Below the pieces are notes generated by a model. It saw only the letters and a program-made list of their open reading frames with translations. It did not search any database and was not told where the DNA came from. Positions 19,131 to 27,988 of a stretch of 64,000 nucleotides of DNA are shown here, in pieces. Every line of letters begins with the position of its first letter. Position 1 is the first letter of the stretch. The DNA is from Nitrospinaceae bacterium (GTDB taxonomy: Bacteria > Nitrospinota > Nitrospinia > Nitrospinales > Nitrospinaceae): the NCBI GenBank assembly GCA_965237905.1, contig OZ250172.1, positions 2,336,001 to 2,400,000 on the forward strand, given 5' to 3'. The position numbers were made by a program, and so were the translations under genes.

Positions 19131-19799
19131 ATGGCGGCTTGTCGCAGGTTTGCATGCCAATGGCTGGCGATACTCTTTCTTTCCGTGCTTCCAGTGAAAG
19201 AGGCTATTGCTTACGAGGGCCATCACTATTTTGGCGGTCAGTCGGTTTCCCTGTCCTTGAAGACTCTGGTCCAGCCTTGCGGAAAAATTCGGGCGCAATT
19301 GTATGCAACGACCCATGCCATGGAAGCCCCCATCGGAGACCAGGTTTTAAGTGACTGCTCCAAACCGCTTCAAATCAGTTTGCCGAAAGTCCGGGCTAAA
19401 ACGAAATTTACCCTGGAAATTGAATCTCTAACCAAAAAGGGATGGGTGGCTTCCGGCATTATTCCATTGCAGGCCTACCCGCAACAAATATTGACCCCTC
19501 TACGCGACTGGGCCGAGAAGAATGATCTTGTCGTGGCTGATTCCGACGGCAAACTGGAGCGGTTCCTCGAAAAACAGAATATTTCATTTACTGTGAATCG
19601 CCGGAAAACCCTGGAATCGCCGGAGGTTCATGTATTGGCAGGCGAGGGGGAAATTATTTTTAAGGAAGAGGCTGAAGGGATCCCAAAAATTTTTGTTAAA
19701 GGGAAAACGATCCTGGTAGAAATGCCTTTCCTGGATCAATTGGCTACACATCCTTCATTTCAATACGAATTCATTAAGATATTTCAGGAGATTTTGTAA
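19131..19799 (+). CDS. Exported hypothetical protein
   Basis: Signal-peptide-like N-terminus ending AIA; first gene of a co-oriented cluster. The start is uncertain (ORF track 19104). Confidence 0.65.
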   Translation: MAACRRFACQWLAILFLSVLPVKEAIAYEGHHYFGGQSVSLSLKTLVQPCGKIRAQLYATTHAMEAPIGDQVLSDCSKPLQISLPKVRAKTKFTLEIESLTKKGWVASGIIPLQAYPQQILTPLRDWAEKNDLVVADSDGKLERFLEKQNISFTVNRRKTLESPEVHVLAGEGEIIFKEEAEGIPKIFVKGKTILVEMPFLDQLATHPSFQYEFIKIFQEIL

Positions 19800-19824
19800 T
19801 CCCTACATATAAAGGAAAGCAATC

Positions 19825-20876
19825 ATGATTTATTTTTTCATTCGAAAATTCAATAGAATTCTGTGGGTTACCCTTTTGGTGGCCCTGTTCGGTCTGCTTC
19901 CTCGTTGGAATTCGCCGGCGAATGCGCAAAGCGGAGAGTTAACCACGGCGGTTCTGCCTTTTGCAGTTAAGGGACAAGAGACCGGTTTGATCAAGGAATT
20001 GATGTCCCGGGTCAAAAGCAGATCGCAGGATAAGCCCGACACCCTGGGGGAGGAGTTTGCTCTCCTGCTCACTCAAGAGCTTTCCGAAACACACGGGATT
20101 GCCCTGGTGGAACGGACGGAGTTGGACAAGGTTCTCAGTGAAATGGAATTGGGCGCATCGGGAGTAGTGGATCCATCGACCGCCGCTAAAATCGGACATA
20201 TTACAGGCGCCAAAGTCATAGTGACCGGGCGCATGTTCCAAGTTCAATCCAAAATGGTGATTGTGGCCAAAGTCATTGGCGTGGAAACTAGCCGCGTTTT
20301 TGCTCATACCGTTTCCATTCCAAGGAGAGGTTCCGTTCAGGAAGCGGCAAATCTGTTAGCCCTAAGGATTGCCGAGAAACTGACTGCCAAGGGTTCCACC
20401 TGGTGGCCAAGGTCGAGAACAAACAAAGCTCCATCGAAAAACTGCAAGGGTTGCTGAAAAACTATGATGCCAACGACTTTCCAGTGATTTCGATTCAGAT
20501 TTATGAAATGAGTATGGATAGAAAAGTCATGAACCCCGCCGCACAAACCGAACTAAAGTTCATTATGCAGGGCGTGGGTTTTCAGTTGGTTGACCCTGTC
20601 AACTCCGTCAAACTTCCCGATGTTCAGATACGAGGGAAGGCCTTCAGTGAGTTTGGGCTCCGAAGGGGCAACTTGGTTTCAAGTAAGGGAAGGGTGGAAG
20701 TGGAAGTCATCGAGCGGCAGACCGGAAAAATTCTGGTGGTGGATCGGGCAGTTGTTGTGGCCGTCGACCTTTCACCGGAAATTGCCGGCAAAAAGGCGCT
20801 CCAGAATGCCACGGCGCAAATTTCCGAACGACTGGTACCGGCTTTACTTGAAAAATTGAAAACCAGAACACAATAA
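19825..20876 (+). pseudogene. CsgG/HfaB/TolB-N-like exported protein split by a single-base frameshift near 20400 (ORFs 19825-20457 and 20403-20876)
   Basis: TAVLPF...LVERTELDKVLSEMELGASGVVDPSTAAKIGHITGAKVIVTG is CsgG-like. Adding one C at TCC-ACC-(C)TG-GTG-GCC-AAG joins the two ORFs as ...KGSTLVAKVENK. It may be an intact gene with a sequence error. Confidence 0.75.
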
Positions 20877-20885
20877 GGTCATTCC

Positions 20886-23800
20886 ATGAACTATAAGCGA
20901 ACCCGCCGATGGTTCATCGGCGCTCTTTTTGTTCTCCTGGTGGGAATTCCCCATCGGGGACACGCGGACACTCGCCCGGTCACCTTGACGGTCATGCCTT
21001 TCACCGCTTTGCAGGGGCAATCCCAAGCCTGGTTGAGTAAGGGGCTGGCCGACCTGTTCACCAAAGACCTGGGTCAGGTGAATTCCTTTGTTCTGCTGGA
21101 GCGGACCCGGATGCAGGCCTTCGTGAACGAACTGGAGTTGAGCCAGAGCGGTTTGATCGATAAGAATCAAGCACTGCGAATGGGACGAGTCGCACGGGTC
21201 GAACAGGTCCTCTATGGCAATTACTCGTTATCCGGCAAGGACATTCGCTTAAACATTTTTTTACTGGAAACGGATTCCCAGGAAATCGTACAAACGGCCC
21301 AGGCGTCTGGGAAATTAGAACAGATACGGGAACTGGCCCAACAGATGTCTTTGGATCTGATTAACAAACGGGGCATTCAATTAAGCCGGGAAGAAAGCAA
21401 AAAAATCCGCTTTGTGGCCACGGACTCTATTCAAGCTACGGAACATTTTTATACAGGTATGGATTTATTTGACCGCGGGCAATATGCAGATGCCTTTGGA
21501 CGCTTTTTCGCCGCTTCTAAAAACGATCCGAGTTATTGGGAAGCTCACCTGTGGATGGGGCGATTGTTGGAAGCCCAGAGCCAGGTTCGCGAATCGGTTC
21601 TTACCTATAAAAAACTATTCAAAAAAGCTCCGGCCATTGTGGAAGCGCAGGATGCAATGATGTTTGCCGGCCTGGCGGTCGAAAACCGATTACAAGACTC
21701 CGGCCAGGCGATAGAAATTTATAAAACCCTGTCCGTCAAAAAACCGCAGACTCCTCACAATATCGAAGCGTTGTTCCGGCTGGGCGGCCTGCTGGCCGAC
21801 AAAGGTCGTTTCCAGGAAGCGTACCGGGCTTTCCAGAAAGTTGTTGATTTCCACAAGGAGTATTCGAAAAAAGGATTGGAAAAACGTGTCGCACTCCGCA
21901 ACTCTTCTTATTTCGGTTGGCGTCACGCTTCAACATTGCACTGGGATTCCATAAGGCAGATGATCGGTCTGTATCCTGATCTCACGGAGGTTTTGCCTCG
22001 CAAACAATGGCCGCCCCTTCCGGCCGGGGCCTATCTGATGGACCCCAAGAACCCGGTTATAAAATCCCGCATGAAGGACATGCAGGCCTTCTTTAAAGAT
22101 GTACGCCGCAATCAGGAATGGGAGGAATACTATTACGCCATCGTCATTCCCAATGGCTATGAATTTACCGGAGTGGAGATGGAAGTCACCGGAAAGGTGT
22201 TCAGGAGAGGAACTTCGGGAGGCCAGTCAGGAGATGATTTCAGAATTCGTGTGCATCCTTTTCCGCTGGCCAGGGATGTCCATAGTTCCTGGTTGGGAGC
22301 CCTTTATGGTCAAACCCTGAAAACCACCACGTTGCGGAAGGGAGTGACTTTTCATGGTGAAAACCGGAGAATTATTGTGGTGGAAGTAGGCGCCGCCGGA
22401 GCCCAGATAGATGGATGGCAGATCAAGGGCCATATCCAGAAAAGAGGAAGAAAAACTCAGGCTTCTCCTCCCTTAACCGCACAAATTGGAAAAAATCCAG
22501 AAGCCCTGCACTTGAATACGATCCCCTTTCTCAGCGGACAATTTTCCGGAAGCAATCGGGAAAATCATTTTTACATTCCCAAAAAAGAATTGTCCATGGC
22601 CATGGACCGGAGCGGTCGTGTCGGCCTGATAACGCTTTCCGGAGCCTTGGATGATGCGGAAAGTGACCTGTGGTTTTCCCAAAGCAAAGACGGAAAAACC
22701 TGGGAAGCTCCCTTTCGGTTGCCGATCAACTCTTCCAGTCAGGAATACAATCCGCACCTGGTGCCTGCAGAGGATGGCAGCCTCCAGCTATTTTGGATTT
22801 CCGAACGTCGCGGCCAAGGCTGGGAACTTTGGACCAGTAAGCTTTCTCCAAATGACAAATGGTCACATCCCAGCCGTGTTCCTCTGGAAACGATTGAACC
22901 CTGGAAACCGACTTCCGTCCATATGGCGCGGAAGACCAAATCAAGCGTCAAGGGATTGTTGAAATCGCTGTTCACCAATGATGCGAAAACCAAGAACAGC
23001 AATTTTAAGGAATTTTCTCGTGTGGGTATTCCCAGGTTCTTGGAATATTCCGTGACTCAAAACCGCCGGGGGCAATGGGTCCTGGCTTATTATTCTTATG
23101 TGACGAAGGGTGTGGTGATTCTTCAGTCCACGAATTTGAAGGATTGGAAAAAGATTTCTGAAATCAATACCGGGAATCCAGTGTTTGGGCCTTCGTTGAT
23201 TCAGGACTCGAAGGGGGTTTACCGGTTGGCCTTGTTTGCGAACAGCGGTCGAGCCCAAGTCTACAGTTCCAACCAAGGCCGCCGCTGGTCCAAAAAGGAA
23301 TATTCCCTGAACTGTCATTGTCAGCAGTATTCCAACGAAGTCCATTCCATGCAACTCATCGCAAAGCCCGACGGGCGGCTGACCCTGCTACTTTCGGATA
23401 ATTTTTACGGACTGCAATATGCACATTTTAATCCGGATGTCGATCAACCCCGACTCGATCTGGTCAGCCGGGTCCGGACGGAGCCGTATGCGATCACTCC
23501 CTTTAAGAATGAAAAGTATTTGGTGGCGCTCAAGAAAGATAGGGGAGTAGGAATTTATCAATATAAGAACTTCACCACCAGTCCCGGAAATTCTGGAAAC
23601 CGTATCATTTATACGGAAACGTCTCAGGACCCATCCGGCAATCGTTGGGATCGGATTTTTGCTCACCGCCGTTTTATTTCTTCAGATGTTACGGCTCTGG
23701 CGATTGGTCCCAAAGGACGTATCTGGTGGGGAATCGAAAGCGGGCTTATGACCTTGAATGGAGAAGCGTTTTCCCTGCAGGACGTTTCCAATGGTTTTTT

Positions 23801-24548
23801 CCACAACTTTATTACAAACATCGCTCCCTGCTCCGACAGCCATGCCTGGGTCTCCTCAAGTTTCCATGAACACCCGGAAGTAGGCCGAGTCGGCGTCGAC
23901 CCAAGGGTGAAACGATCCTTTGTGCCCCTGCAGACCACCCGGGTCCGAATACCGGGTGCTCAAGGTGCCATTACTGTTATCAAGTGTGCGGAAAAAAATG
24001 GTGGGTTGTTGGTCGGCACGACCCAAGGACAATTCATCCAATTTAAGAATAACCGTGTGGTCATGAAGCATCAATTTTCTTCGTCTGTTACCGCGATTGC
24101 AGAGAACGGCCAAGGGAAGTATTTCGTCGGCACCGGGAAAGGGGAAATCCATTTCGTTCAAAACCAAATCTCAGTAAAAGCCAAAAGTTTCAAAGGACGG
24201 GTGAATGATTTGGTGGTCGATGCGCAAGGCGACCTTTGGGCAGCCGTGGAGGGGCAAGGGTTGAGCCGTTACCAAAAAGGAAAATGGAAAACGTTTTCTA
24301 CCAAAAACTCGAAGGTGGCTTATGACCGTATCGGAGCGTTGACCGCAGATAAATTTTTGGGTGTGTGGTATGTGGCTCACGGAGAGACGCGCTCTTTTGG
24401 AGTGGGATTTTTTGATGGCAAACAGCATGAGTTATACAACCCCCCGCAGAGATTTATTGAAAAACCCAGCTCCCTGGATGTCGACCCGGAAGGCCGCATT
24501 TGGATCGGGACCTGGTTCGACGGTGTCTATCAACTGGTGAAAAAATAA
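20886..24548 (+). CDS. Large exported protein: CsgG/FlgO-like domain, TPRs, BNR/sialidase-like propeller and two-component-regulator-type propeller
   Basis: VMPF..LLERTRMQAFVNELELSQSG; TPR motifs; Asp-box-like SKDGKTW and SNQGRRW; VTALAIGPKGRIWWG, DLVVDAQGDLWAA and LDVDPEGRIWIGT blades. Confidence 0.8.
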   Translation: MNYKRTRRWFIGALFVLLVGIPHRGHADTRPVTLTVMPFTALQGQSQAWLSKGLADLFTKDLGQVNSFVLLERTRMQAFVNELELSQSGLIDKNQALRMGRVARVEQVLYGNYSLSGKDIRLNIFLLETDSQEIVQTAQASGKLEQIRELAQQMSLDLINKRGIQLSREESKKIRFVATDSIQATEHFYTGMDLFDRGQYADAFGRFFAASKNDPSYWEAHLWMGRLLEAQSQVRESVLTYKKLFKKAPAIVEAQDAMMFAGLAVENRLQDSGQAIEIYKTLSVKKPQTPHNIEALFRLGGLLADKGRFQEAYRAFQKVVDFHKEYSKKGLEKRVALRNSSYFGWRHASTLHWDSIRQMIGLYPDLTEVLPRKQWPPLPAGAYLMDPKNPVIKSRMKDMQAFFKDVRRNQEWEEYYYAIVIPNGYEFTGVEMEVTGKVFRRGTSGGQSGDDFRIRVHPFPLARDVHSSWLGALYGQTLKTTTLRKGVTFHGENRRIIVVEVGAAGAQIDGWQIKGHIQKRGRKTQASPPLTAQIGKNPEALHLNTIPFLSGQFSGSNRENHFYIPKKELSMAMDRSGRVGLITLSGALDDAESDLWFSQSKDGKTWEAPFRLPINSSSQEYNPHLVPAEDGSLQLFWISERRGQGWELWTSKLSPNDKWSHPSRVPLETIEPWKPTSVHMARKTKSSVKGLLKSLFTNDAKTKNSNFKEFSRVGIPRFLEYSVTQNRRGQWVLAYYSYVTKGVVILQSTNLKDWKKISEINTGNPVFGPSLIQDSKGVYRLALFANSGRAQVYSSNQGRRWSKKEYSLNCHCQQYSNEVHSMQLIAKPDGRLTLLLSDNFYGLQYAHFNPDVDQPRLDLVSRVRTEPYAITPFKNEKYLVALKKDRGVGIYQYKNFTTSPGNSGNRIIYTETSQDPSGNRWDRIFAHRRFISSDVTALAIGPKGRIWWGIESGLMTLNGEAFSLQDVSNGFFHNFITNIAPCSDSHAWVSSSFHEHPEVGRVGVDPRVKRSFVPLQTTRVRIPGAQGAITVIKCAEKNGGLLVGTTQGQFIQFKNNRVVMKHQFSSSVTAIAENGQGKYFVGTGKGEIHFVQNQISVKAKSFKGRVNDLVVDAQGDLWAAVEGQGLSRYQKGKWKTFSTKNSKVAYDRIGALTADKFLGVWYVAHGETRSFGVGFFDGKQHELYNPPQRFIEKPSSLDVDPEGRIWIGTWFDGVYQLVKK

Positions 24549-24551
24549 AAG

Positions 24552-25331
24552 ATGAAGACCCTTCTAATAACTTTATTGCTGATGCAGGGGACCTTGGGAA
24601 TGCCGCCCCAAGGAAAAAATTCGTTGATGATTCTTCCCTTCGAAGCGGTGTCCGCACAACAGGATTATCAATCCCTTGAGAACGGGATACCCGATATCCT
24701 CATGGCGTGCCTCTCTGCGCATTCGGATTCCATTCAGGTGTTGGACCGCAGTCATTTGAATTCACTCGCCCAGGAATTGGGATTGGTCTATGAGGCATCC
24801 ATGAGCCGGGAAGGGGTGGCTCAAATTGGTCGCCTGGCCTCGGCTCAATTCATCCTGACCGGAAGTTTCTGGGTGAAAAAAGAGACCCTCGAAATCCAGA
24901 TGTTTATCTATGAAACCGAAACCACCCGCTTGATTGGATCGACGGACATTCGTATGCCGGTCGATTCCCTGGCATCGAGTTGCGGGTCATTCGCGAAGAA
25001 GATTTCAGTGCAATTCGAAAAAAACCGAAAATCCCCATTTCACAACCTCGATCCTGAAGCGCACCCCGAGATGAGCAATTATATGATTCAGGGTCTGGGC
25101 TTTTATTACAACGGGGAATTCTGGAAGGCCTTTCCGGCGTTCCTCAAGGTTTTGGAAATGGATCCCGATCATGCCAATGCCCGGTTCTGGCTTGGGAAAA
25201 GTTATATGCGTGCTGGAATGGGTGATCTGGCCAAGCTTTCACTGGAAGAGTTTGTCCGCAGGTTTCCCAAGCACGAGAAATGGCAAGAAGCGCAAAAGTT
25301 AATCAAGGAGGCGGATCATGAAAAACACTAA
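24552..25331 (+). CDS. CsgG/FlgO-like domain plus TPR protein
   Basis: ILPFE..VLDRSHLNSLAQELGL..QIGRLASAQFILTGSF, with a C-terminal TPR (DPDHANARFWLGKSY). Confidence 0.8.
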   Translation: MKTLLITLLLMQGTLGMPPQGKNSLMILPFEAVSAQQDYQSLENGIPDILMACLSAHSDSIQVLDRSHLNSLAQELGLVYEASMSREGVAQIGRLASAQFILTGSFWVKKETLEIQMFIYETETTRLIGSTDIRMPVDSLASSCGSFAKKISVQFEKNRKSPFHNLDPEAHPEMSNYMIQGLGFYYNGEFWKAFPAFLKVLEMDPDHANARFWLGKSYMRAGMGDLAKLSLEEFVRRFPKHEKWQEAQKLIKEADHEKH

Positions 25332-25983
25332 ATCAAAGGTCCTGATACTGGGAGTCCTGGTTGTGGCTATGGTAGGAATTTTTATGAGCAAAGGTTTTTC
25401 CCAGAAGGATAAATCTCATATGGCCAACTGGCCCCCGCAAATTGGGCAGAAGTATCCCGATCTCGAATTGATCGATCAGGATGGAAAACAATGGAACCTG
25501 GCCCGGTTCAAAGGCAAGGTCATTTTAATCGAGCCGATCGGCATGAACTGTCCGGCGTGCCAGTCGTTCGCCGGCGCTCATATTAAAGGTTCGTATGGAA
25601 ATATAACTCCACAAAAGGGATTGGACGATTTTGAGGGATATTTCAATTCCTATACCGGCGGACTGAGTTTGGAGGATGACGGAATTGTCCTGGTGGAACT
25701 TCTGCTGTATGACCTGACCCTGGGGCAACCCACTCTCAAGGATGCCGAAGGTTGGGCCAAGCATTTTGGGATGAAAAGCGCCAATAATCATTTTGTGGTG
25801 ATCCCTTCAACCGATATGAGAAACAGGGCCAGCTACGATTTGATTCCAGGTTACCAATTGATTGACAAGCAATTCACGCTTCGTTCAGACAGCACCGGTC
25901 ACAATCCGAAAGATAACTTATGGAGAAAGTTGTTGCCGATGGTTCCCAAAGTTCTAATGGAAAAAGGGAAGGGCAGGGCATGA
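25318..25983 (+). CDS. Exported thioredoxin-fold (TlpA/redoxin-like) protein
   Basis: PDLELIDQDGKQWNLARFKGKVILIE followed by a CPAC motif; N-terminal hydrophobic segment. Confidence 0.8.
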   Translation: MKNTKSKVLILGVLVVAMVGIFMSKGFSQKDKSHMANWPPQIGQKYPDLELIDQDGKQWNLARFKGKVILIEPIGMNCPACQSFAGAHIKGSYGNITPQKGLDDFEGYFNSYTGGLSLEDDGIVLVELLLYDLTLGQPTLKDAEGWAKHFGMKSANNHFVVIPSTDMRNRASYDLIPGYQLIDKQFTLRSDSTGHNPKDNLWRKLLPMVPKVLMEKGKGRA

Positions 25984-26552
25984 AACTTAAACTTTTAACC
26001 GGCATTCTTGCGGCGGCTCTCATTTACGCCCCCGATCTTTATGCGTTGTCGATAGATGAGGCTTACGAGGCCATACCGCATCGGCAAACGACATTCAATC
26101 TTGATGCGTCCAATGCGACCGCTAGAGATAAGGTTTTTCTCGGTAAGATTTTTAGCATTACCGATGAAGCCATGACCGCCCGTGTCGAGCACCTGCAATC
26201 TCTTTATTACTATAAAGGCCACGGAGAGACCGGAAATTCTCTCTACAACCGGAGAGTCGAACCATTGATCCAGCAACTGAAAGCGCTAAACCCTCCGGCT
26301 CCGTTGCAGAAGCATTATCAATTGGTGCTGGAGTCGATTCAGGAGCAGAAGCAATTCTTCAAGGAATGGGCGGAGGTTCCCAATTCAAAGAAAAATATTT
26401 TGAAGAAAACCTATTCGAAACACCCGTTGGTTCAAAGCTCTCATCACAAATTAATCGCCGCCTATGGTGAGTTGATGCGTCTTTTTCCGCAAGAAAACAA
26501 GCATAACAAGCAGGCTTTCTTCGATCATTTGTGTGCTTTGGATTTTCTCTAA
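25980..26552 (+). CDS. Exported helical hypothetical protein
   Basis: The ATG at 25980 overlaps the upstream TGA. Signal peptide MKLKLLTGILAAALIYAPDLYA; single Cys in the C-terminal HLCALDFL. Confidence 0.75.
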   Translation: MKLKLLTGILAAALIYAPDLYALSIDEAYEAIPHRQTTFNLDASNATARDKVFLGKIFSITDEAMTARVEHLQSLYYYKGHGETGNSLYNRRVEPLIQQLKALNPPAPLQKHYQLVLESIQEQKQFFKEWAEVPNSKKNILKKTYSKHPLVQSSHHKLIAAYGELMRLFPQENKHNKQAFFDHLCALDFL

Positions 26553-26601
26553 GAGAAGGATTAATGGTTCGCGGGTGTATGGAGTTGTGGCAAAGAGAGC
26601 T

Positions 26602-27669
26602 TCATTCCCTGCGGATGAGCTCCCGATCTATGAGTTTGCGGGAGGTCCATGAATGTCTCTTCCTCTTCAGGATTCGCAAATAGATCGTCTGCATTTTCGG
26701 GATCAAAAAGGGCTGCCACTTTTTGACAAAAAAGGGATCGTCCAACCATTTACTGATAACCCTGGACCGTCTCACCTCCTCAGGACCGAGTAAGTTCAAA
26801 TAGGTCACCTGAAATTCCACCGTTTGCCGGCGGCCGAACATGACCATTAAAACCGTGGCGAACTCGTCTTTCACCTTCCCGTTGGTGTTCAGGGGATAGT
26901 CCCACCGGTCCAGCAACACCTGCCCCGCCTCCCTCATCAGCGCAAACAAAATGACTTCATTGATTTTCCGGTTGTCCCTGAACCGGTCCTTGAGCTTTGT
27001 TAAATACTCCTTGCATAGATAAATAGTTTCTCCGCGGATAAAGGTATTGTCTTGATGGCAAGCGGCCAGTTTGAATGTTAACGGATCAACCACAAACGCG
27101 GTTTGAATCACTCGGCTCAACAATTTCAGAGGGTCGTTGCCTGTTAAACTTTTTTGGTCCTGTAAAGGATTCTCCTGATGATTCAGCCTGGCCTTGATCG
27201 ATAGGGAATATTTTCGCTTGGTGGCGCTTTTTCTGTTGTCCACAATCAAATAATAATTATCACTTCTGGGCGCGACGATGGAGAAGATGGCGCGGTTGCG
27301 GGTCTCGGTTCGAAACAGCGGTCGGGCCACCCTCGGATAACTTTTGAGCTGGGATTCGTTCACCAGAACCACTGTAGCCTGGCCGTTCAGATACAACTTT
27401 ACTTCCAAAGTAGCGCCCTGGTTCACGTTGGCGAGCCGAATAGCGGCCCAGCGGTGAGGCAGGACCTCGGAATGGACTTCGGCAGATTTTTCGGCTCCCC
27501 AAGCGAAGGGGATCGCTATAAAAAGGAACGAACTCCATGTCAGAGCAATTCCCCACCCAACGAGGGCGTGTTTGTTTTTACGTGATAACCCTTTGATTCC
27601 AAAAAGCATAATGATTTGGAGAGAGAGCCCTCTCTGGAAAATAGTTCGGTTATGGAAATTGAAAACCAA
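26602..27669 (-). CDS. DUF4344-like putative metallopeptidase homologue with degenerate zinc motif
   Basis: N-terminal beta-sandwich, then NTF..ETIYLCKE...FALMREAGQVLLD..YP...KDEFATVLM, resembling the DUF4344 layout with REAGQ in place of HExxH. The start is uncertain. Confidence 0.6.
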   Translation of the reverse strand: MVFNFHNRTIFQRGLSLQIIMLFGIKGLSRKNKHALVGWGIALTWSSFLFIAIPFAWGAEKSAEVHSEVLPHRWAAIRLANVNQGATLEVKLYLNGQATVVLVNESQLKSYPRVARPLFRTETRNRAIFSIVAPRSDNYYLIVDNRKSATKRKYSLSIKARLNHQENPLQDQKSLTGNDPLKLLSRVIQTAFVVDPLTFKLAACHQDNTFIRGETIYLCKEYLTKLKDRFRDNRKINEVILFALMREAGQVLLDRWDYPLNTNGKVKDEFATVLMVMFGRRQTVEFQVTYLNLLGPEEVRRSRVISKWLDDPFFVKKWQPFLIPKMQTIYLRILKRKRHSWTSRKLIDRELIRRE

Positions 27670-27900
27670 TTATGACAGCCCACTCCAATTTGTCAATTCG
27701 ACATATTTTTCGAAAAACTTTGTAAAAGGGGTATTTATGGGGTACTAAAAATAAATTCCGTACCTCTAGCCACCATCGAACTTAATAGGCACTCGTCCAA
27801 ATTCAGTTAGATCAAATACTTATCCCTGCATCTTAAATTGAGTGCTCCAAATCAAACAACTAACTAATGAATTACATTTAAAATTGCAGTTGTAAAGGTG

Positions 27901-27928
27901 TTGACAACTCACTTGAGAAGGCTAGATT
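27901..27928 (+). promoter_or_regulatory. Putative sigma70-type promoter of the giant gene
   Basis: TTGACA (27901-27906), 16-nt spacer, TAGATT (27923-27928). The RBS GAGGGGAG at 27977-27984 precedes the GTG at 27989. Confidence 0.55.
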
Positions 27929-27988
27929 CCTACTCACAAGAAGCTCAATTTGCTAAGAAGGTCTTAATTATTTTTTGAGGGGAGAATA

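Noticed and set aside
18990..19316. 108-aa minus-strand ORF
   Set aside because: It overlaps the better-supported plus-strand gene and has no motifs.
19825..25331. Curli biogenesis operon
   Set aside because: Only generic CsgG/TolB-N-like domains are present; I see no curlin, CsgE or CsgF genes.
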